From NCBI GenBank assembly GCA_013265495.1, contig MU058198.1, positions 4,603,779 to 4,667,778 on the forward strand: DNA of 64,000 nt, in the 5' to 3' direction. Both the position numbers and the translations under genes were made by a program. Positions 23,644-37,631 of the stretch are shown in pieces. How positions within the stretch are numbered: the first letter of the stretch is position 1; each line of letters starts with the position of its first letter. The notes below the pieces were generated by a model. That model ran no database searches. It was given only the letters and a program-made list of their open reading frames with translations, and was not told the origin of the DNA. This DNA is from Vicugna vicugna. Lineage: Eukaryota.

Positions 23644-24410
23644 CACACTTGCTCTTTGGCACATCTCCAGTCATGGAATAACAGCTAGACAGAAATCAGT
23701 GAGCATGCTGGGGCAACAGTCGGATATGCACGGGCGGAGGCTACACACAGGAGCTTACCCTGGAACGCTGAAGCCAGCGCATGAAAATGCAGGTCAACTT
23801 TGTAAAAAGAAGGTGCTGGGGCATTTTCAGATCCTCAGCAGAAAAGTGCAGGATCTATGGATTCATCAGAGTTTCAGATAGATGGTCCAGTGGGAGAGGA
23901 GTTGGGACTGGCACTCAATGCATCCATTTGGCGGGGGGTGGGGGGTGCTGGGCGTGGGGGTAGGTGGACGTTAATCCAGAAGATCAGCCAAACGGGCAAA
24001 GCGTGAGGTCAGAGTGGCTCAGCGACCCTTGCATCACAATTCCACAAAATGATGACTGTGAGGGTCTGAGCTAAGGGAGCAGAATGTTCTAACAGGTGGA
24101 TCCAAAGTGATGCTTAAAACCTACACATTTCTAAGCAGAAGGGATTCAACCATAATTACCTGAATTATTGTTTCCGGAGGGATGTTTTATGACGTTTTAT
24201 AGAAAGTGTCTTATGTTGCCCAAAGGGAAGACTTGTTTTTAGATCAAACTGTAAGCGGGAAGTACTTCTCTTTTTTTTTTCTCCAAAAGGAGCCCTTCTC
24301 TACACCAATGTTCACAGAATACTGTTCACAGCAAAAGAACCCCTCATCTAGTAAAATGATCAGGTTCAGAGATCTTTTATGAAAATTAAATAAGAACTAC
24401 AAAAACACTC

Positions 24411-24483
24411 AATTATTATTATTACTATTATTACTATTACTATTATTATTATTATTATTATAACCACTACTACTGCTGCTGCT
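24411..24483. repeat. (ATT)n/(ACT)n/(GCT)n trinucleotide repeat
   Basis: Read directly. Confidence 0.93.
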
Positions 24484-24724
24484 CCTAGTGTTGTTATATA
24501 TGACTGGAACGTAGCTGGTACTTGATGCCAGCCTTTCCTCTTTACCGCAAAAAGAAACTCCTGTTTCTTCCCTTGTCCCCCTTCATCCAGCTTTGCAGCT
24601 GACCACAGAGATGCTTTCTTTTGTCTTTTAACCACTAGGAATGGTGCCTTTATGGTACGCCCAGCAGAATGTCCCCTTATGTGCTGTGCCTCCTACGGGG
24701 GACAGCTGGGGAGGATGCCTGCCA

Positions 24725-25400
24725 CAGAATCACAGTCTCAGCTGGAGGGGGTCCTTAGAGGTTGGCTCCATTCCAAGAACTAGCACCTCCTCTCAACTTC
24801 TTTGACATGTACTCAGTGATCTCATTTACCGCTGCTCACTCCCCAGAAGAGAGAACTTTCTGCCTCTGTGGGTTGGTCATCCCAGTGTTGGGTGGCTTTG
24901 ATTATTCCCACTGACTTGGAATACATTCCACTGGAGTTTGAATTTTCAGTCCTGGAACCCCACAGAGTGAATGTAATCTCTCCCTCACAACAGAAGCCAG
25001 TTCATGAATGTTCTATGCGTCTACCTTCTGCAGCTCCCCTGCTCTGTTCTTTCAACCATTCCGCATCTTACATAATTTTTAGACTCTAACATTCTGCTCA
25101 CTCTTCCCTGGGCTTGCTCCAGTGTAACCAGTGTCTCTTGAAAAAGAGATGTCATTTAAAATCGGACAGCTACTTCCTGAGCTGCTCAGATAGCACAGAA
25201 CAAGTGCAATTCTATCACTCCCTCAGTGTGGACTGTGCAGTATTTCTCCAAATGCTGTCTAAGTTCGAATTCGCTTCTGTCCCCTCCTTTGAAGTGATGT
25301 AGCACGCTGGCTCAAAGAAAACCCTGAAGTACTTTTCACATAAAATATCATTACATTTTCTCTCATTCCTCTGCAGCAGGTCTTTTGAACCCATGCTCAT
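24725..25400 (-). mobile_element. L3/CR1 ancient LINE 3' portion
   Basis: cacagaatcacag...gctggagggggtccttagagg 3' end; downstream antisense CR1-type text (ctcactcttccctgg...gcacagaacaagtg...atcactccc). Confidence 0.65.
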
Positions 25401-25710
25401 TAACCTATTTATTTCTATTATCAGTGGGTTTCTTTGTATGTCACCCGAGTCTGCTACAAGTTTTATTGAACAGATCCAATGACTCTCTGTTGCTTATAGG
25501 ATAATACTAGAATGCCCTTGAATGATGCAAGCTTTCTCTCCTGACTTGAATTCTGGCATCATGACATAAAGCTCCCTCTCTTCCTACATGTTAGCCATTT
25601 TAAACTATAAGCAGGTCACCAAACGTATGCTTTGTCACATCTCTGTGTAATTGCACATGCCATTCCTTCTGCTCAGAATGTCTTTACTCCCTGTGCATGC
25701 CTGGAGAACA

Positions 25711-26159
25711 TGGTTGGGATAAAGTTTCCCTTTTCCCCTCCAAGTTCTTTGGCTGGTCTAATAATTAAATTGACACAAGACAGATTGACAGGAGAAAAAC
25801 AAATTAAATTTCACACATATAGAAGCCCCACAAAGGCATGAAAGTTTCCCTAGCAGTCAGGTAGTTGAGCTGTGTCTACCACCTGAGCTACAGAGAAGGG
25901 CATAGGAGTCTGGGGTCTCAGAGAAGGAAGACAAAACACAGCAAGATGTGAAGAGCAGATGTTTGGGAAACAAATGTTTTCCAGGCCATACAGATAAGTC
26001 TTTGTGATATTAAGAAGTTATCTTTGGTGTTAGCTCTCTTCTGGTACAAGCCCTCTATTTAAGTTCTTTTAGGCAGGAGGTAAAAAAAAGCTCTTCCTGA
26101 GTCTGTTGGGTCTTGATGTGTCATCTGTGTGTCAAAGTGGCCCGCCCTGAACTCTGTCA
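25711..26159 (-). mobile_element. ERV1 solo LTR (MER34/39-like) inserted in an L2 (25470-26330, +)
   Basis: Ends ...aaagtggcccgccctgaactctgtca; L2 text cctggagaac | ctactcatcc...aaatatcacctcctcc resumes on the far side. Confidence 0.75.
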
Positions 26160-26433
26160 GTATCTACTCATCCCTAAAAACCCAGTTCAAATATCACCTC
26201 CTCCATAAAGCCTTCCATGACATCACCATCTACTCTTCCCAGGAAGGCATATAGTGTAGTGGCTTTCCCTTTGCCACACACTTAGCATACCTGTGTCGAG
26301 GAACGCTATTTTCCTACACGCTCATGTTTCCAGAAATCATCCATTACTATTGAGTGCTCCACGCCATGCCAGCCATGGAACTAAGGACTTGACATGCACT
26401 AGCGCTTTTTGACTTCCCACTGTAGCATGTGCC

Positions 26434-26888
26434 ATAGTGGATGCCGTCAGCACGTCACTGTATTCCTGTGTCCACAGGGTTTTTACTGGAAGCATCTCTG
26501 ACTCTCTGCTTGAGAGCTTTCTCTGGTCTCAGGACGATGCTCAGCCAGTGTTGTTTAGAGTAGACTTGAAGTACCAGAGAGTTAACACGCTGGAGCGACT
26601 CTTAATCAGTAATGCACAGCAGTTAGTGGAAATATGTCCAAGCTCCTTGCCTCTTGGGTGGGACAACTCTGGTGAATGTTCTGTTGCATCTCCCAGAGGT
26701 CCCTAGAGGGACTGAGCACCAGTTGCATACAGAGGTAACCTGCTCACTAATGTACCTCCTACTGGCTTCTTCCCATCCCTGTCTCACCGCCCCACTCCCT
26801 TACCCATGCTTACAACCATCACCTCTCAAACTACTTGCACTCCAGTCCGACCCTCAGGGTCGACTTTGGAGGAAACCCAAAGTGAAAT
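26434..26888 (+). mobile_element. ERVL LTR16-like solo LTR splitting an antisense MIR
   Basis: gggtgggacaactctg...ctcccagaggtccc...actacttgcactc...ctcagggtc...ggaaacccaaa; MIR core gaggaaactgaggctca follows. Confidence 0.82.
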
Positions 26889-27149
26889 GAGTCCATTTGG
26901 CACACGAGGAAACTGAGGCTCACAAAGGTTAAATTACATACTCAAGTCACCTTTCCAGCGGGTGGCAGAGTCAAAATTAAAGCTCAGCTATGTTGAGAGC
27001 TCACATTATTATCTCTCCTGAGACCCGGGAGGAGAAGGGACCTGAGCAAGCTGGATCTCAGAAATATCTCGGAGAGAAGGCATCCACAGGCTTGCATCCT
27101 GACAGGGCTACCCATTTCTGCCTTTATCCACCACTTGAAAATGAGCCAG

Positions 27150-27870
27150 TGCACAAGCCTCCAAAGGGCAGTAAAGTGACACTGAATAATTGAATTCTGA
27201 ACAAGCCAGACTGATGCAAATATCTGACAAATTGATTTAATTGCATTCACATACAATAAAGCTGAGCTCTAAAAGGTCAGCTAGAAAATGGGAAAGGACC
27301 CCTGGGAGCTCCCAGGGAGAGGCTGAGTTTAATACACATTCATCACATTTTATCATCTAATTAGTCCACACAGTGCCAAACTGATGGACGGAGACCTAAA
27401 CCAGTGTATTGATTGATTATTTGCTTGGCATCTATCATATCACCTTAAGGCTGTCCGTGATACGGGCAGGCAGAAATTATTTAGTGGCTCAGCAAAAACA
27501 GTTGTGCATTGGAGAAACTGCTTTTCTATAAGGGATTTGAGGCTTTAAAAACATTTTACCCAGGCACTGAGGCTGCCTCAGAGGGTTACTATTCAATAGT
27601 TTGCTACAAAGGCAGCCACTGGAAACCAACATTCTCTTGCATCCTCCCTTCTGCAGAATGAATATTTATAAATCGTGTAGTACAGAAAACCCTTTTAGGC
27701 TGTAAAATATTTAATTCGAGTAATTAACTACTATCAGCCTTGTGTGGAAATACCTGGGCAGGGAAAATGTTCTGGAGAAGCTAATGGGAAGCCAATTGGA
27801 CGCTGCAATTTTATTCCATTGGAAATGAAAGCAAGGATTTCAATGGAACAATTTGCGTGGTGGGTTTGGA
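27150..27870. promoter_or_regulatory. Repeat-free island, candidate enhancer
   Basis: Clustered TGACA, TGATTTAAT, TGATTGAT, TAATTA, Maf half-site and two palindromes; no transposon text recognised. Confidence 0.35.
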
Positions 27871-28269
27871 CTCAGGTAGAATGTTGGCCCTGTTTTGCTC
27901 CTTACAAGGATGTTGAAACTGAGATTGATCCAGGACTTGGGATGCGGGATTGTGCCTAAGATGTAGTCTAAGTGATGCTTTAGTTGTTTTCTTTCTTGTG
28001 CCTTTTGGGCAGTCAGTTCATTGTTATCTCTCTGAGTGTTAGTTACCTCATCAATAAAATTTAGGTGATTCAGTGAGGTGAATTCGAAATGAGATTATGT
28101 ATGCAAAAGCCCCTTTGAGCTAAACTTCTGTATAAATGTGAGTTATTATTGCTAGAGGCGTACCCTAAAGCCCTGGTACTAATGAATCACCATACAAGAA
28201 GTTTCCCTTAAGCTGACCCTGTATTCAATATTTATTTTTCTGTTTGCAAACTTTTTAAAGCCAGTTTTC

Positions 28270-28870
28270 TGTATTTACCATCCTTACCTTGAAACCTTCC
28301 ATTCACACCTCAATTCCCCTGATACCAGGTTTCCACTTCCGCCACTGTCACTGCTCTCACCAGGGTTATTGATGACTTTCATATGGGTAAATCCAATGTC
28401 AACCTTTAAGATCTTATCGTACATGACCTCTCAGCTGAATTAGTTGCCACAAAACATCTGCCTCTTGGAAACACTCTTGGCTTTTGCAGTATTGCTCTTT
28501 TTTCCACTTGCTCCCCTAGTATCTACTTCTCATTTTCTTTTGTAGGATCCTCTTTCACTTTTTATTCTGAAGAATAAGATTCCAAGGAGTTCTGTCTTAG
28601 CTTACTTCTCTTCTACAAAATTTCCCCAAACTTCCATACAGTTTTATCACTTAAATTGTCATCATTATGCTGATGATTCCCAAGCCCTACGTCTTTTTCC
28701 TACCTACTTCTTCTCTCTCAGCCCATAACCTTTCACAGGCCTCACCTTCTCTCTCTTGCATGAATTCATTAGCTTTCTCAATGGTTTTCCTGTTTTCAGT
28801 CTGGAGCAACCTACTGCTCCCTACGTTGGTTCTTGCTCAAGCCAAAATGCTCTTTCTAAAATACAAGTCT
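28270..28870 (+). mobile_element. L2 LINE fragment
   Basis: ctgctctcaccagggtt...aaatccaatg...gacctctcagc...tatgctgatgattcccaa (YADD remnant). Confidence 0.75.
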
Positions 28871-28889
28871 AGATTCTCCAAAATCTCTT

Positions 28890-31800
28890 ACGAATTAAAA
28901 GTATTTTTCCCCACTTTCTTCTCTGAGAGCAACTGAAAACAAAAAGAAAAGCAATAAATAAATTTTGTATTCAGTAAAACTGGAAAAGATTTACAGCTCC
29001 AAATGACAACACATGAAGAATATCCACAATATATAGTTAAATTGGACCAAATCAAGGGTGTACATCTGGAAAAGATGCACCTCTACAGATTTCAGTCAAC
29101 ATGCAGAGCTCTCCAAATATAAATGTCAGACATTATTATCTGCAAAGACAGGGAGTATGGGTAGGTTGTGGAATCATCCATGAGTCTATGCAAATGGCCT
29201 ACAGTGTTGGGGGGTGGTGATTTAGAAAATGTGAGCACATTTGATATTAACAAGAGAGAGTAGGAGAGACGGAAGGACAGAGAAGAAAAATAAACATTAA
29301 ATTATAAGAATAAAAACTCAGAAGATACAGTACATTACTAAAAGCTAAATAGGACTATCTACCCCAATACACACATGCAGAGATACCACCTAAAGGAGGA
29401 GGAAAATGTTGATAGAAGAGAAAGGAGGCTAAATAACACAATTGGTAAGAAAACGCTCTGAGGCAGAATACCTAATTCTGAGTGGCCAGCTCTCCTAGCT
29501 CACTCTCCCAGCCTGTCCCCCAAACCATCCTTTATCTCATAGTTTCTCTAGAAAAAAATGACTCCCATTGAAAGATAAAGAGAATTTAGAAAATAAAATA
29601 AAAGACAAATGTAAAATATAACCTAGAAAACTATGTAGCAGCTCAGGGGGAAATTATATGAACACTTTTCTACAAAATCAAAGAAAGAAAATCAAGTAAG
29701 AGACACAATGGGTCAAAGAAACCATATTAAGACAAAAGAAGAAGAAAAGTAATTTAGCAGAACTGAAAAAAAATGAAAGAGAAAAATAAAACCATTAAAT
29801 AAATAAAAGTCAAGGTAGAAGCATCAACAAGAAGATTTAGCATTCCTGAAAATATAGTTAGGAACATAGACAGGTTTCAGATGGTGAATACAACTGAATA
29901 AAAAGAACAAAGAGTTAGGAAGGATTGGAGGGCAAAGAAGTTGCAATATATGTATAATCGGCAGCTCTGAATAAAGAGAATAGAACATGTGGAACAAAAC
30001 CCCAAGAATATTGTAAAAAAAAAAACTTTCCTGAATAAATGGGAATCTGCATTTGAAAATTAGAAGGACCTAACATGAACCAAGAAGCATTGATACCAAA
30101 TGACCAACATACATTCTGGTGAAATTACTGGACATGAAGGATGAAGGAAAAATCCTCTAAGCAGAAGAAAAAAACCCTCGTTACTGAGAAGGGATAAGCT
30201 ATGTCTATCAGCCTTCCAGCATAAGGTTAACAGGCATATTTTGGAAGCATTCAAGTGGAAAGATGTAGAACTCAAGAAAAACATAGTCACCATGGTTGGT
30301 GACAAATTCTAGGTCTATTTAGAACTTTCAGCAAATAAGGCTGAATAATGGGGAAATGTATAAGGAATATGAACATAAGATATAAAATAAAATAACAATC
30401 ACTCAAACAAAAAAGAATATTAGAAACCTATGGGGAAAAAAAGCAAGGAAGTTTTAGAAATCTTTTGTTCACTCAAAATGCAAAAATGGTTGCATTTTAT
30501 GAAACATGAGATTCAAAATAACATGATAAGAATTTAGCAAAGTAGAATCTGTGAAAAAGACATAAACAAAAAGTTCTGCATAAAAGTAAGACATTGTATA
30601 GTATGGTAAATTTAAAAGTAATATGTTAGAAAGAGTAAAGTTCAGAATTGACAGAGAGGAAATTTATTTGAAAATAAAGAGGACAAACTTGAGAAGTTTT
30701 CCAGTTTGCAGAAAATAGTAAGGGATAAGCTAAAAATAAAATTAAGCATAATAATAAAATATTAAATAACAGGGGACGATGATAGTGGACAAAGAATATA
30801 TTTCTAACTATTGAGTAATTTCCAATCATCAAAGAAAAGACACAAACAACTGCAGTAGAGTATTAAATAGAAACTTTAAATATTAATATTAAAAAGATAG
30901 AAAACTGAACTGAGCATAATCAAGATGTAAGATTGAAAAAGGCTTGTCAGAGACAAGGGACACTGGGATCTTCCTGCATTGCTAGTGAGGACTGAACTGG
31001 CACAGCCATTGAGAACACAGCAGGACCACACTGTCAATTACATATACAGGTGCCACATGATTCACCATTCTCACTTCTGGATGTTTTTCCAGAGAAGTTA
31101 TCACAGAGGTTTCTAAGATGACAATTCTGAGGATGTTCATCCAAGTGTTGATGGTAGTGAAGATCTGAAGGCAATCTAGGTTCAGTCATGGAGGCACATA
31201 TAAGTAAAAATGTGGCATGCACACCGTGTAATACTATTTACAGTTAGAAACAGTGGATTCTGTGTACCCATAGAAATGTGTTGCTGAGTGTAAACATGTA
31301 AGAAGCATACAGGGTCCATGGCATGGTGACATTTATGTGATTTTAAAATATTTGTTCATAAAACTGTACTACAGGTTTTATAAGGACATAAATATAAAAG
31401 CATTTAACACATTAGAATGGCTGGCAAAAGGAAGGAGAAGGAGGCAAGAGTTGGAGGGATATGAAAATAAAAGGAAACGAACAAACAAACAAACAAATAA
31501 ATAAATCAAGAGAAGAGTCCTGCCAAACAAACAATGAAGGTGTATCATGAAATGAAGAATATGATTAACTCTTGTTTCTAAATTCCAAGAAAAATAAATA
31601 AAAGTCTCATCAGACATCAGAAAAATAAAGAGAACTCTTACACATAAAGTGATAAAATACTTGAGCTTCAAAGGTAGAGAATATTGTCAAGCAGATTATC
31701 GAGCAGAAAGGGGAAATAAACTATCTACAAAATAAGAAAATTAAGGTGGGCCTCAGATTAAGTGCCACAAGACAATGAAGTAGTCTTCAGTAGCTTCCTG

Positions 31801-34130
31801 GTATGGCAAGATGTTTTCTGGCTTACCTTATGTATTTCCTATCCCGGATATGACATCAATAATTTCTCCAAACATCTCTAGTTCTTTTTAGTGGGAAAAG
31901 AGACCACAATCTGGGTTTCAGGGGTGCTCAGTGTTCCTGAGTTAGTCATTATTTCTAGGACTCTTCAGTGGACAGAGCTAGGACATATGTATATTTTTTT
32001 AAGATAAGATACATCACAAGTTTATATCCGACTCAGAATCAGGCCTACAGGGATTTTTGTCTGACCTCATCAATCTCATATTTGTACCTCCTTTCAACCA
32101 AGTCCAAAATCTTAGTTCTCAGTGACACTGATATAATTACTCACTTAACTTGATTTATTGTTATCTTGAAATAACAATACCAACACTATCACCCATAATG
32201 CTATTACTGAAAACTTTTTTTTTTTTGGCCAATTTTTTTGTCCTTAGGATTTGTTCCACTAGAGTATAGAGTCCCGCTACAGGGGTTTAGCATCCCTTGA
32301 ATTATTCCCTTTGGGTGACATTAGGTCAGCAAGCGAGTATACGATTAGGTTCATTTGTTTAAATTTACTTTTGGAATCTGGAGTTTGTGTTGTCCTTTAT
32401 TTAGTTTTGTTTTATAATTATGTAAAATTCTAACATGGTTTTAAAGCAGATCTATAATACAAGATCTGAGAAGTCTCTTTTCAATTCCTGATTCCTCCAG
32501 TGTATTTCCTCCCCTTTCCCCATTTAACTATGTTAAGTGTTAAGGTTTGTTCTTATGTATTAATGTAAGGTACTTAACATGTAATGGCAGATAATAACAT
32601 GTTACAATAATATGACAATATACATATAACCACCATTATGTATGGCTATATATTATAATAACATTATTGTGTGATACCACTAATATATTAATTTAATATA
32701 TTTAATTTAATTAATTTAATATATTAATTTAATCCAATACAACATATAATATCATATTAACACATTATATCAATTGGCACAATGTAACATATTGTAACAT
32801 ATATGTATTCAACACATTAATTAGATAGGCTATATGTTAATTAGTGTGTATCTGTGCGCGCGCGCTTCTTTTCTTTTCCTACGTAAGTGGTAGTATGGTA
32901 TATACCCACTTCTATACCTTGCTTTTTAAATTAACAATATATCCTGGAGACCACACTACGTATACAGTTTTGAGGAAAAAAGATTCTAACTCAAAAGTAA
33001 AATTGTTACTGAAAATAGACTTACCCAATAATACAGCAGTCCCACTCCTGGGCATGTATCTGGAGGAGATTCTAATTCGAAAAGATACATGCACCCCAGT
33101 GTTCATAGCAGCACTATATACAGTAGCCAAGACATGGAAGCAACCTAAATGTCCATCGACAGATGACTGGATAAAGAAGTTCACACACACACACACACAC
33201 AATGGAATACTACCCAGACATAAAAAAGAATAAAATAGTGCCATTTGCAGCAACATGGATGGACCTGGAGATTATCATGCTAAGTGAAGTAAGTCAGACT
33301 GAGAAAAAAAGTAATATATCACTTATATGTGGAATCCAAAAAGTGACACAAGGGAACTTATTTATGAAACAGAAACAGACTCACAGCCATAGAAAACAAA
33401 CTTATGGTTACAGAGGGGAAAGGGGAGCGTGGAGGGATAAACTGGGAGTTTGGGATTAGCAGATACACACTACTATATATTAAAATAAACAACATTTTCC
33501 TACCGTATAGCACAGGGAACTATATTCAATATCTTGTAATAGCCTATAATGAAAAGGGATATGAAAAGGAATATATATATTTATAAAACTGAATCACTAT
33601 ACTGTACACCAGAAGTTAATACAACATTGTAAACTGACTATAATTCAATAAAAAATAAAAGAAAAAAAGTAAAATTCCTGCTCAAATTTGGGAGCAATAG
33701 AAAGACAATTTCTAAACATACAAGGCCATGGAAGTATTTTACTAAAAGCAAGCTAACAATCTCCACAACATATTTATTCATCTAATGTATAGATGAGTAA
33801 AAGAAATAAGTCTTAGAGAAGGAAATTTGAAGCTTAAAAGGACTGGCAGAGAGTGGTGGAATTAACTGAATGTAAAGTTAACACATGTAATTGTTGTCAA
33901 CCAACAGCACACAAATGTGAACAAACCTGGAAAGATTCCCTTGATAAAACAGTAATAGTTTGAAAATAAGAACTTGAGTTTAAAATATCAGATAATAACT
34001 AACCGGGAGAAAGAAAGGAGAGTAATAAAAACAAAGTGTGCTATTTTTCACATCTATGGATCCCGTGTATTCATGATTTTAATAACTGAAGAAATGGGTA
34101 TTCAATTTTAAACTGAGCCGTGAGCATGCT
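28890..34130. mobile_element. Mosaic of very old L1/HAL1-like sequence (A-rich 5'/ORF1 remnants on +, nested L1MC/ME 3' pieces on both strands)
   Basis: Strongly A-biased decayed L1 text; L1 3'-type segment 30900-31460 (+); antisense piece 31790-32960. Confidence 0.55.
33005..33664 (+). mobile_element. 5'-truncated young artiodactyl L1 3' end
   Basis: DTCTPVFIAALYTVAKTWKQPKCPS, AATWMDLEIIMLSEVSQ; exact 12-bp TSD aaaagtaaaatt (32993-33004 / 33665-33676); (CA)n at ~33182-33200. Confidence 0.96.
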
Positions 34131-34299
34131 TTCTAACTTGCTAATGAGAGGGCGGGCCATGGAGAGACTCTCCTGGGAGATGTGCAGTGCTGATGGGAAG
34201 CAGCAGCCCTTTTGCAGCTCATAGGTTGTTGTTGATGCGCCAATGGCTTGCTTTATAGCAAAATACTTCCATAGCCCTGCATACCTGGAAATGGTCTTT

Positions 34300-34602
34300 C
34301 TATCGCTTCAATTTGAGCTTCCCCAGATCCTGAGATAAGGATGTGTTATTAGTTTATGATGAAGCGCCTCCTCCATCCTCTGTAGGACATCCACACCTCT
34401 GAGGTCAGAGACTCAGAGATCCAGCTCACAGTTCTTCATGGACTTCAAGCTCTAGTGTTAGATATGAACAGGATAGCCTTCCAGAAACTGCTTAATGACT
34501 TCAGTTGTGCATGATCAAAGTCCTGTAAAAATTCATGTGTATGTGAGTGTGTGTGTATATTCTAGTGGTTCTGCTTCTTCGATTGAACCCTGACTGATAA
34601 CC
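34300..34602 (+). mobile_element. ERVL-type LTR 3' part
   Basis: 3' end ctagtggttctgcttcttcgattgaaccctgactgata. Confidence 0.55.
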
Positions 34603-34794
34603 ATACCAACACTGACACATGTAGACGCTATATATTTAAGGGTATAAACATATTAGGGAAATGGTCATCAATTCTAGGCTTGACTCTGCCATTCACCTTG
34701 TGTAATACTGGACAAACGCCGTTACTCTGTGAATCTCCATTTCCTCGTGTGTAATATGATGGATTGGTACCACTAACCTCTAAATGTGTAGTTT

Positions 34795-35037
34795 TATTTT
34801 TCTTTCAAGCTGTGGTTTGAGATCCACTGACAAATTGTGAAATCAATATAGTGGTGGGTAGCAACCAGCATCATAAAAAAAATAATGAATGGAATAGGGT
34901 AGCATAGAAAACGTCAGAGTGCTTTACATGTAGGAAGAGTAACTTTTCTATTTCAGGTAGATAGACAGACGTGTGTGTGTTGTAATGTAAAATGCATTTC
35001 TTAGTGGGAGTCAGGTTAGAAAAGCTTGAAATATGTT
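34795..35037. mobile_element. hAT-Charlie MITE (Charlie4-like)
   Basis: gtgaaatcaatatagtgg...caaccagcat...tgtaaaatgcatttctt...aaaagcttgaaa. Confidence 0.65.
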
Positions 35038-35139
35038 TCCTTTTGTAATGATCAAAGAGATTATTCCTCTGATCTAAAACTATGTGTTCACTCTGGTCCG
35101 GATAATTCCAGTAGGTTAAGGAAGGGAAACCATAGACAA

Positions 35140-36042
35140 CATTCTGCAGCTGCTGTGTCTGGCTATTCCATTTCCTCTGGTTTTGTTTTTCTCAGCTTTC
35201 TAATATTTGGATACATATACTAACTACACAGCATTTCAAGTTTGAATTACTGATCAACATTCAGATGTTCAGAGATGAATAAAATCCAGGTTTCTGGCTT
35301 CTCTCAAAAACTCAGGGTGTCTGGAATGTTGGGCAGATTCTTGTTTGATGGCAATCAGCTGGAAATGGGTAGGGATTGCTCCCCTGTATGTGGGCATGTG
35401 TTTTAAAATGAAGGTTTGATTGATTATTATTCAGATATGATGAGGCCACCAGATCAGGAGATAATCATCACTGGAAAGATTGTTACTCACAGAGGAGGGG
35501 GCGCTCCATGCCATGGCACTGGGTGTGGGCACTCCGGAAACACCAGGGTTGGTCAGGAAGCACGCAGGGCATGGGAGGAAGACAGGAGCAATATCCTTAT
35601 CGTGGCATCCACAGGTAAAGGCAAACGAGGCAGAGTAAGCAGGCTTAGGATTGGCTAGTATGAAAAATTTCAGTGTGCTCTGGGGCACATGGGCTGTCCC
35701 TTGTTGTCTGGTCCCTGGTCCCTGGGTGATTAGTACAGGGGAATAGCGACTCAGACCATAAAAGCCTTATAAAGGAGATGGTTTGGAGGTGTCAGCCCTG
35801 GATTGGTTGGTTTGCTTATGAAATGCATGCTCTCAGAGGAATCTTTTACTGTCTTCAGGAATCTGCTCACCCAGGGAGGGGCAGTGTCTCCAGGGTCGGC
35901 AAGGTCCCAGGATGTCAGAGCATCAGAAATACAGAAAAAAAAAGAGGCATGATCAATACAGCATGCGGGTGATAGTTTGTCCCCGTTGCCAGTAAGCCAA
36001 GTTCACTCATTTGTTACAAGCCTTTGAGTTCGGGACCCCTAG
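35140..36042. mobile_element. MER102-like hAT element split by an LTR
   Basis: aaaatccaggtttctggcttctctc...ggcaatcagctgga | ...cctttgagttcgggacccctag. Confidence 0.65.
35399..35960 (-). mobile_element. ERVL solo LTR (MER76-like)
   Basis: TG...CA termini, exact 5-bp TSD gcatg (35394-35398 / 35961-35965), gggaggggcagtgtctccagggtcggcaagg. Confidence 0.88.
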
Positions 36043-36678
36043 CTTGGTGTCAGTTTCCCACTGGTGCAGTGGTGAAGAATATTTTTCTGCCTAGGAAGCA
36101 GCCACATGTTTTTCAGTTGCACACTGTGAATAGCAGGGAACACAGAAGTGCAGGGTAGTTGCCTGGTGTGGGAAGTGACAGTGCAGAACACGAAGGAGTG
36201 ACACACTAGCTGCGGTGCTCAGTAACCTGTGCCTGGTAAGTGGTCCAGTGCCAATGAGGCAGAATTTTCTGGCTGGATTATCAGTAGGGTTCCAGTTCCT
36301 CTGGGCAATTACTGTCCTTGGTCAGTGCCAGCCAAAACATTCCTCAGAATTTTTGTTTTGAAGGTTCTAGATTGGGATCAGCACTTAGGATCATCTCTGC
36401 CACCAAATATGGGTGCCTTTGGGGACTGGGGAAGAAGTTAGCATTTTAGGACTTTGTTCACCAGGAGGACAATATGCCAAAGAGTCATCCCATCTCACAC
36501 GCCTCACTGCCCTTTGCAGTGATTGTCTTACATCCTGAGTAACATCACTAAAATGCTCTTTTCCTCTTCTGTTCTTATTCAGTGTAATATAATAATGAGT
36601 CAGAGTTTGTTTTTTTTTTCCTGTTATGCACACAGAGTCTGGCATCACTAGGACTTGGGTTCAAATCCCAGCTATTGG

Positions 36679-37258
36679 TATTACCAGAGAGTGGATGCTT
36701 GTCTTGTCACAGAAAGAATTAAGAGACGAGACACGGAGGTCAAGAAAGTAAAGTGAGGATTTATTAAGCGATAGTACACTCTCAAGGGGGAGCCGGCAGA
36801 TTCAGGTGAATAGCTGCACTGTGTTTCTTTGCCATACTGGTTATATGGGATGTAAAAATGAATGTGCAGAGAACATAGAGAATATTCATTGGGGAGCGAG
36901 GGATCTGGGGTCATATTTCCTGATTTTTATACCAGCTCCACCTTCCCGAAGGGAGGAGGGATTTTTGTCCTTATTTAGCCTGGATCAGAAGTGTCATGGT
37001 CTTGGTGCATAATGGATACTTCTTATCTGCAAGGCTAATTTTATTGTAATGAAGGCATAATGAGCAAAAAGTTACATTCAGATTCCAGAGATCCCCGCCT
37101 TTTCCTACCTTTCTTTGTCTGTCTCCAGCACACTTATCACTGCAAAATGTGGTTTCTTATCAGTTCAGTGGTTCCTGCTTTTCTTTGTCTGCCCAAGGAC
37201 CCCTGTCGTTCACAAGATGTATAATTTCCTGTCATTGAGCTCTCTGCCCGCTCTGACA
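36679..37258 (-). mobile_element. Relatively young ERV1 solo LTR splitting a + strand MIR (36645-37410)
   Basis: Antisense poly(A) signal atttattaag at ~36760; MIR head gggttcaaatcccagct before, MIR tail aaagcacttagaaccatgcctggcaca after. Confidence 0.8.
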
Positions 37259-37631
37259 TTAACACTTCACGTCGTGTGATATTGCAGTGCACTTCGCTCC
37301 TTTAGTCCGTTCATCTATAAGGGTAGTACCATCTATAGAGGGCATCGTGAGGGATGTGGTTGCAATTCAACTAAAGCACTTAGAACCATGCCTGGCACAA
37401 AATAAGTGCTCATATATGATGGCTATTATTTTTACTGTTATTCATCAAATACACTATACCAGGCATGGGGCTGGTGCTACGAAGATGAGAAGGCCTGGTC
37501 TCTGTCCTAAGAAAATGCAGTCCAGTGTGAAAAATGCTGTAACATGGAAAGGCACCAAGTTTGCATGAAGGAGCTGTTCTTGGGGAAGGGATGGAGTATA
37601 GCAGGGCTGACATCAAAGAGCAAGATCAGTA

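Noticed and set aside
32580..32865. AT-rich quasi-repeat and (GC)5 run
   Set aside because: Low-complexity expansion inside an old L1 3'UTR; no sign of function.
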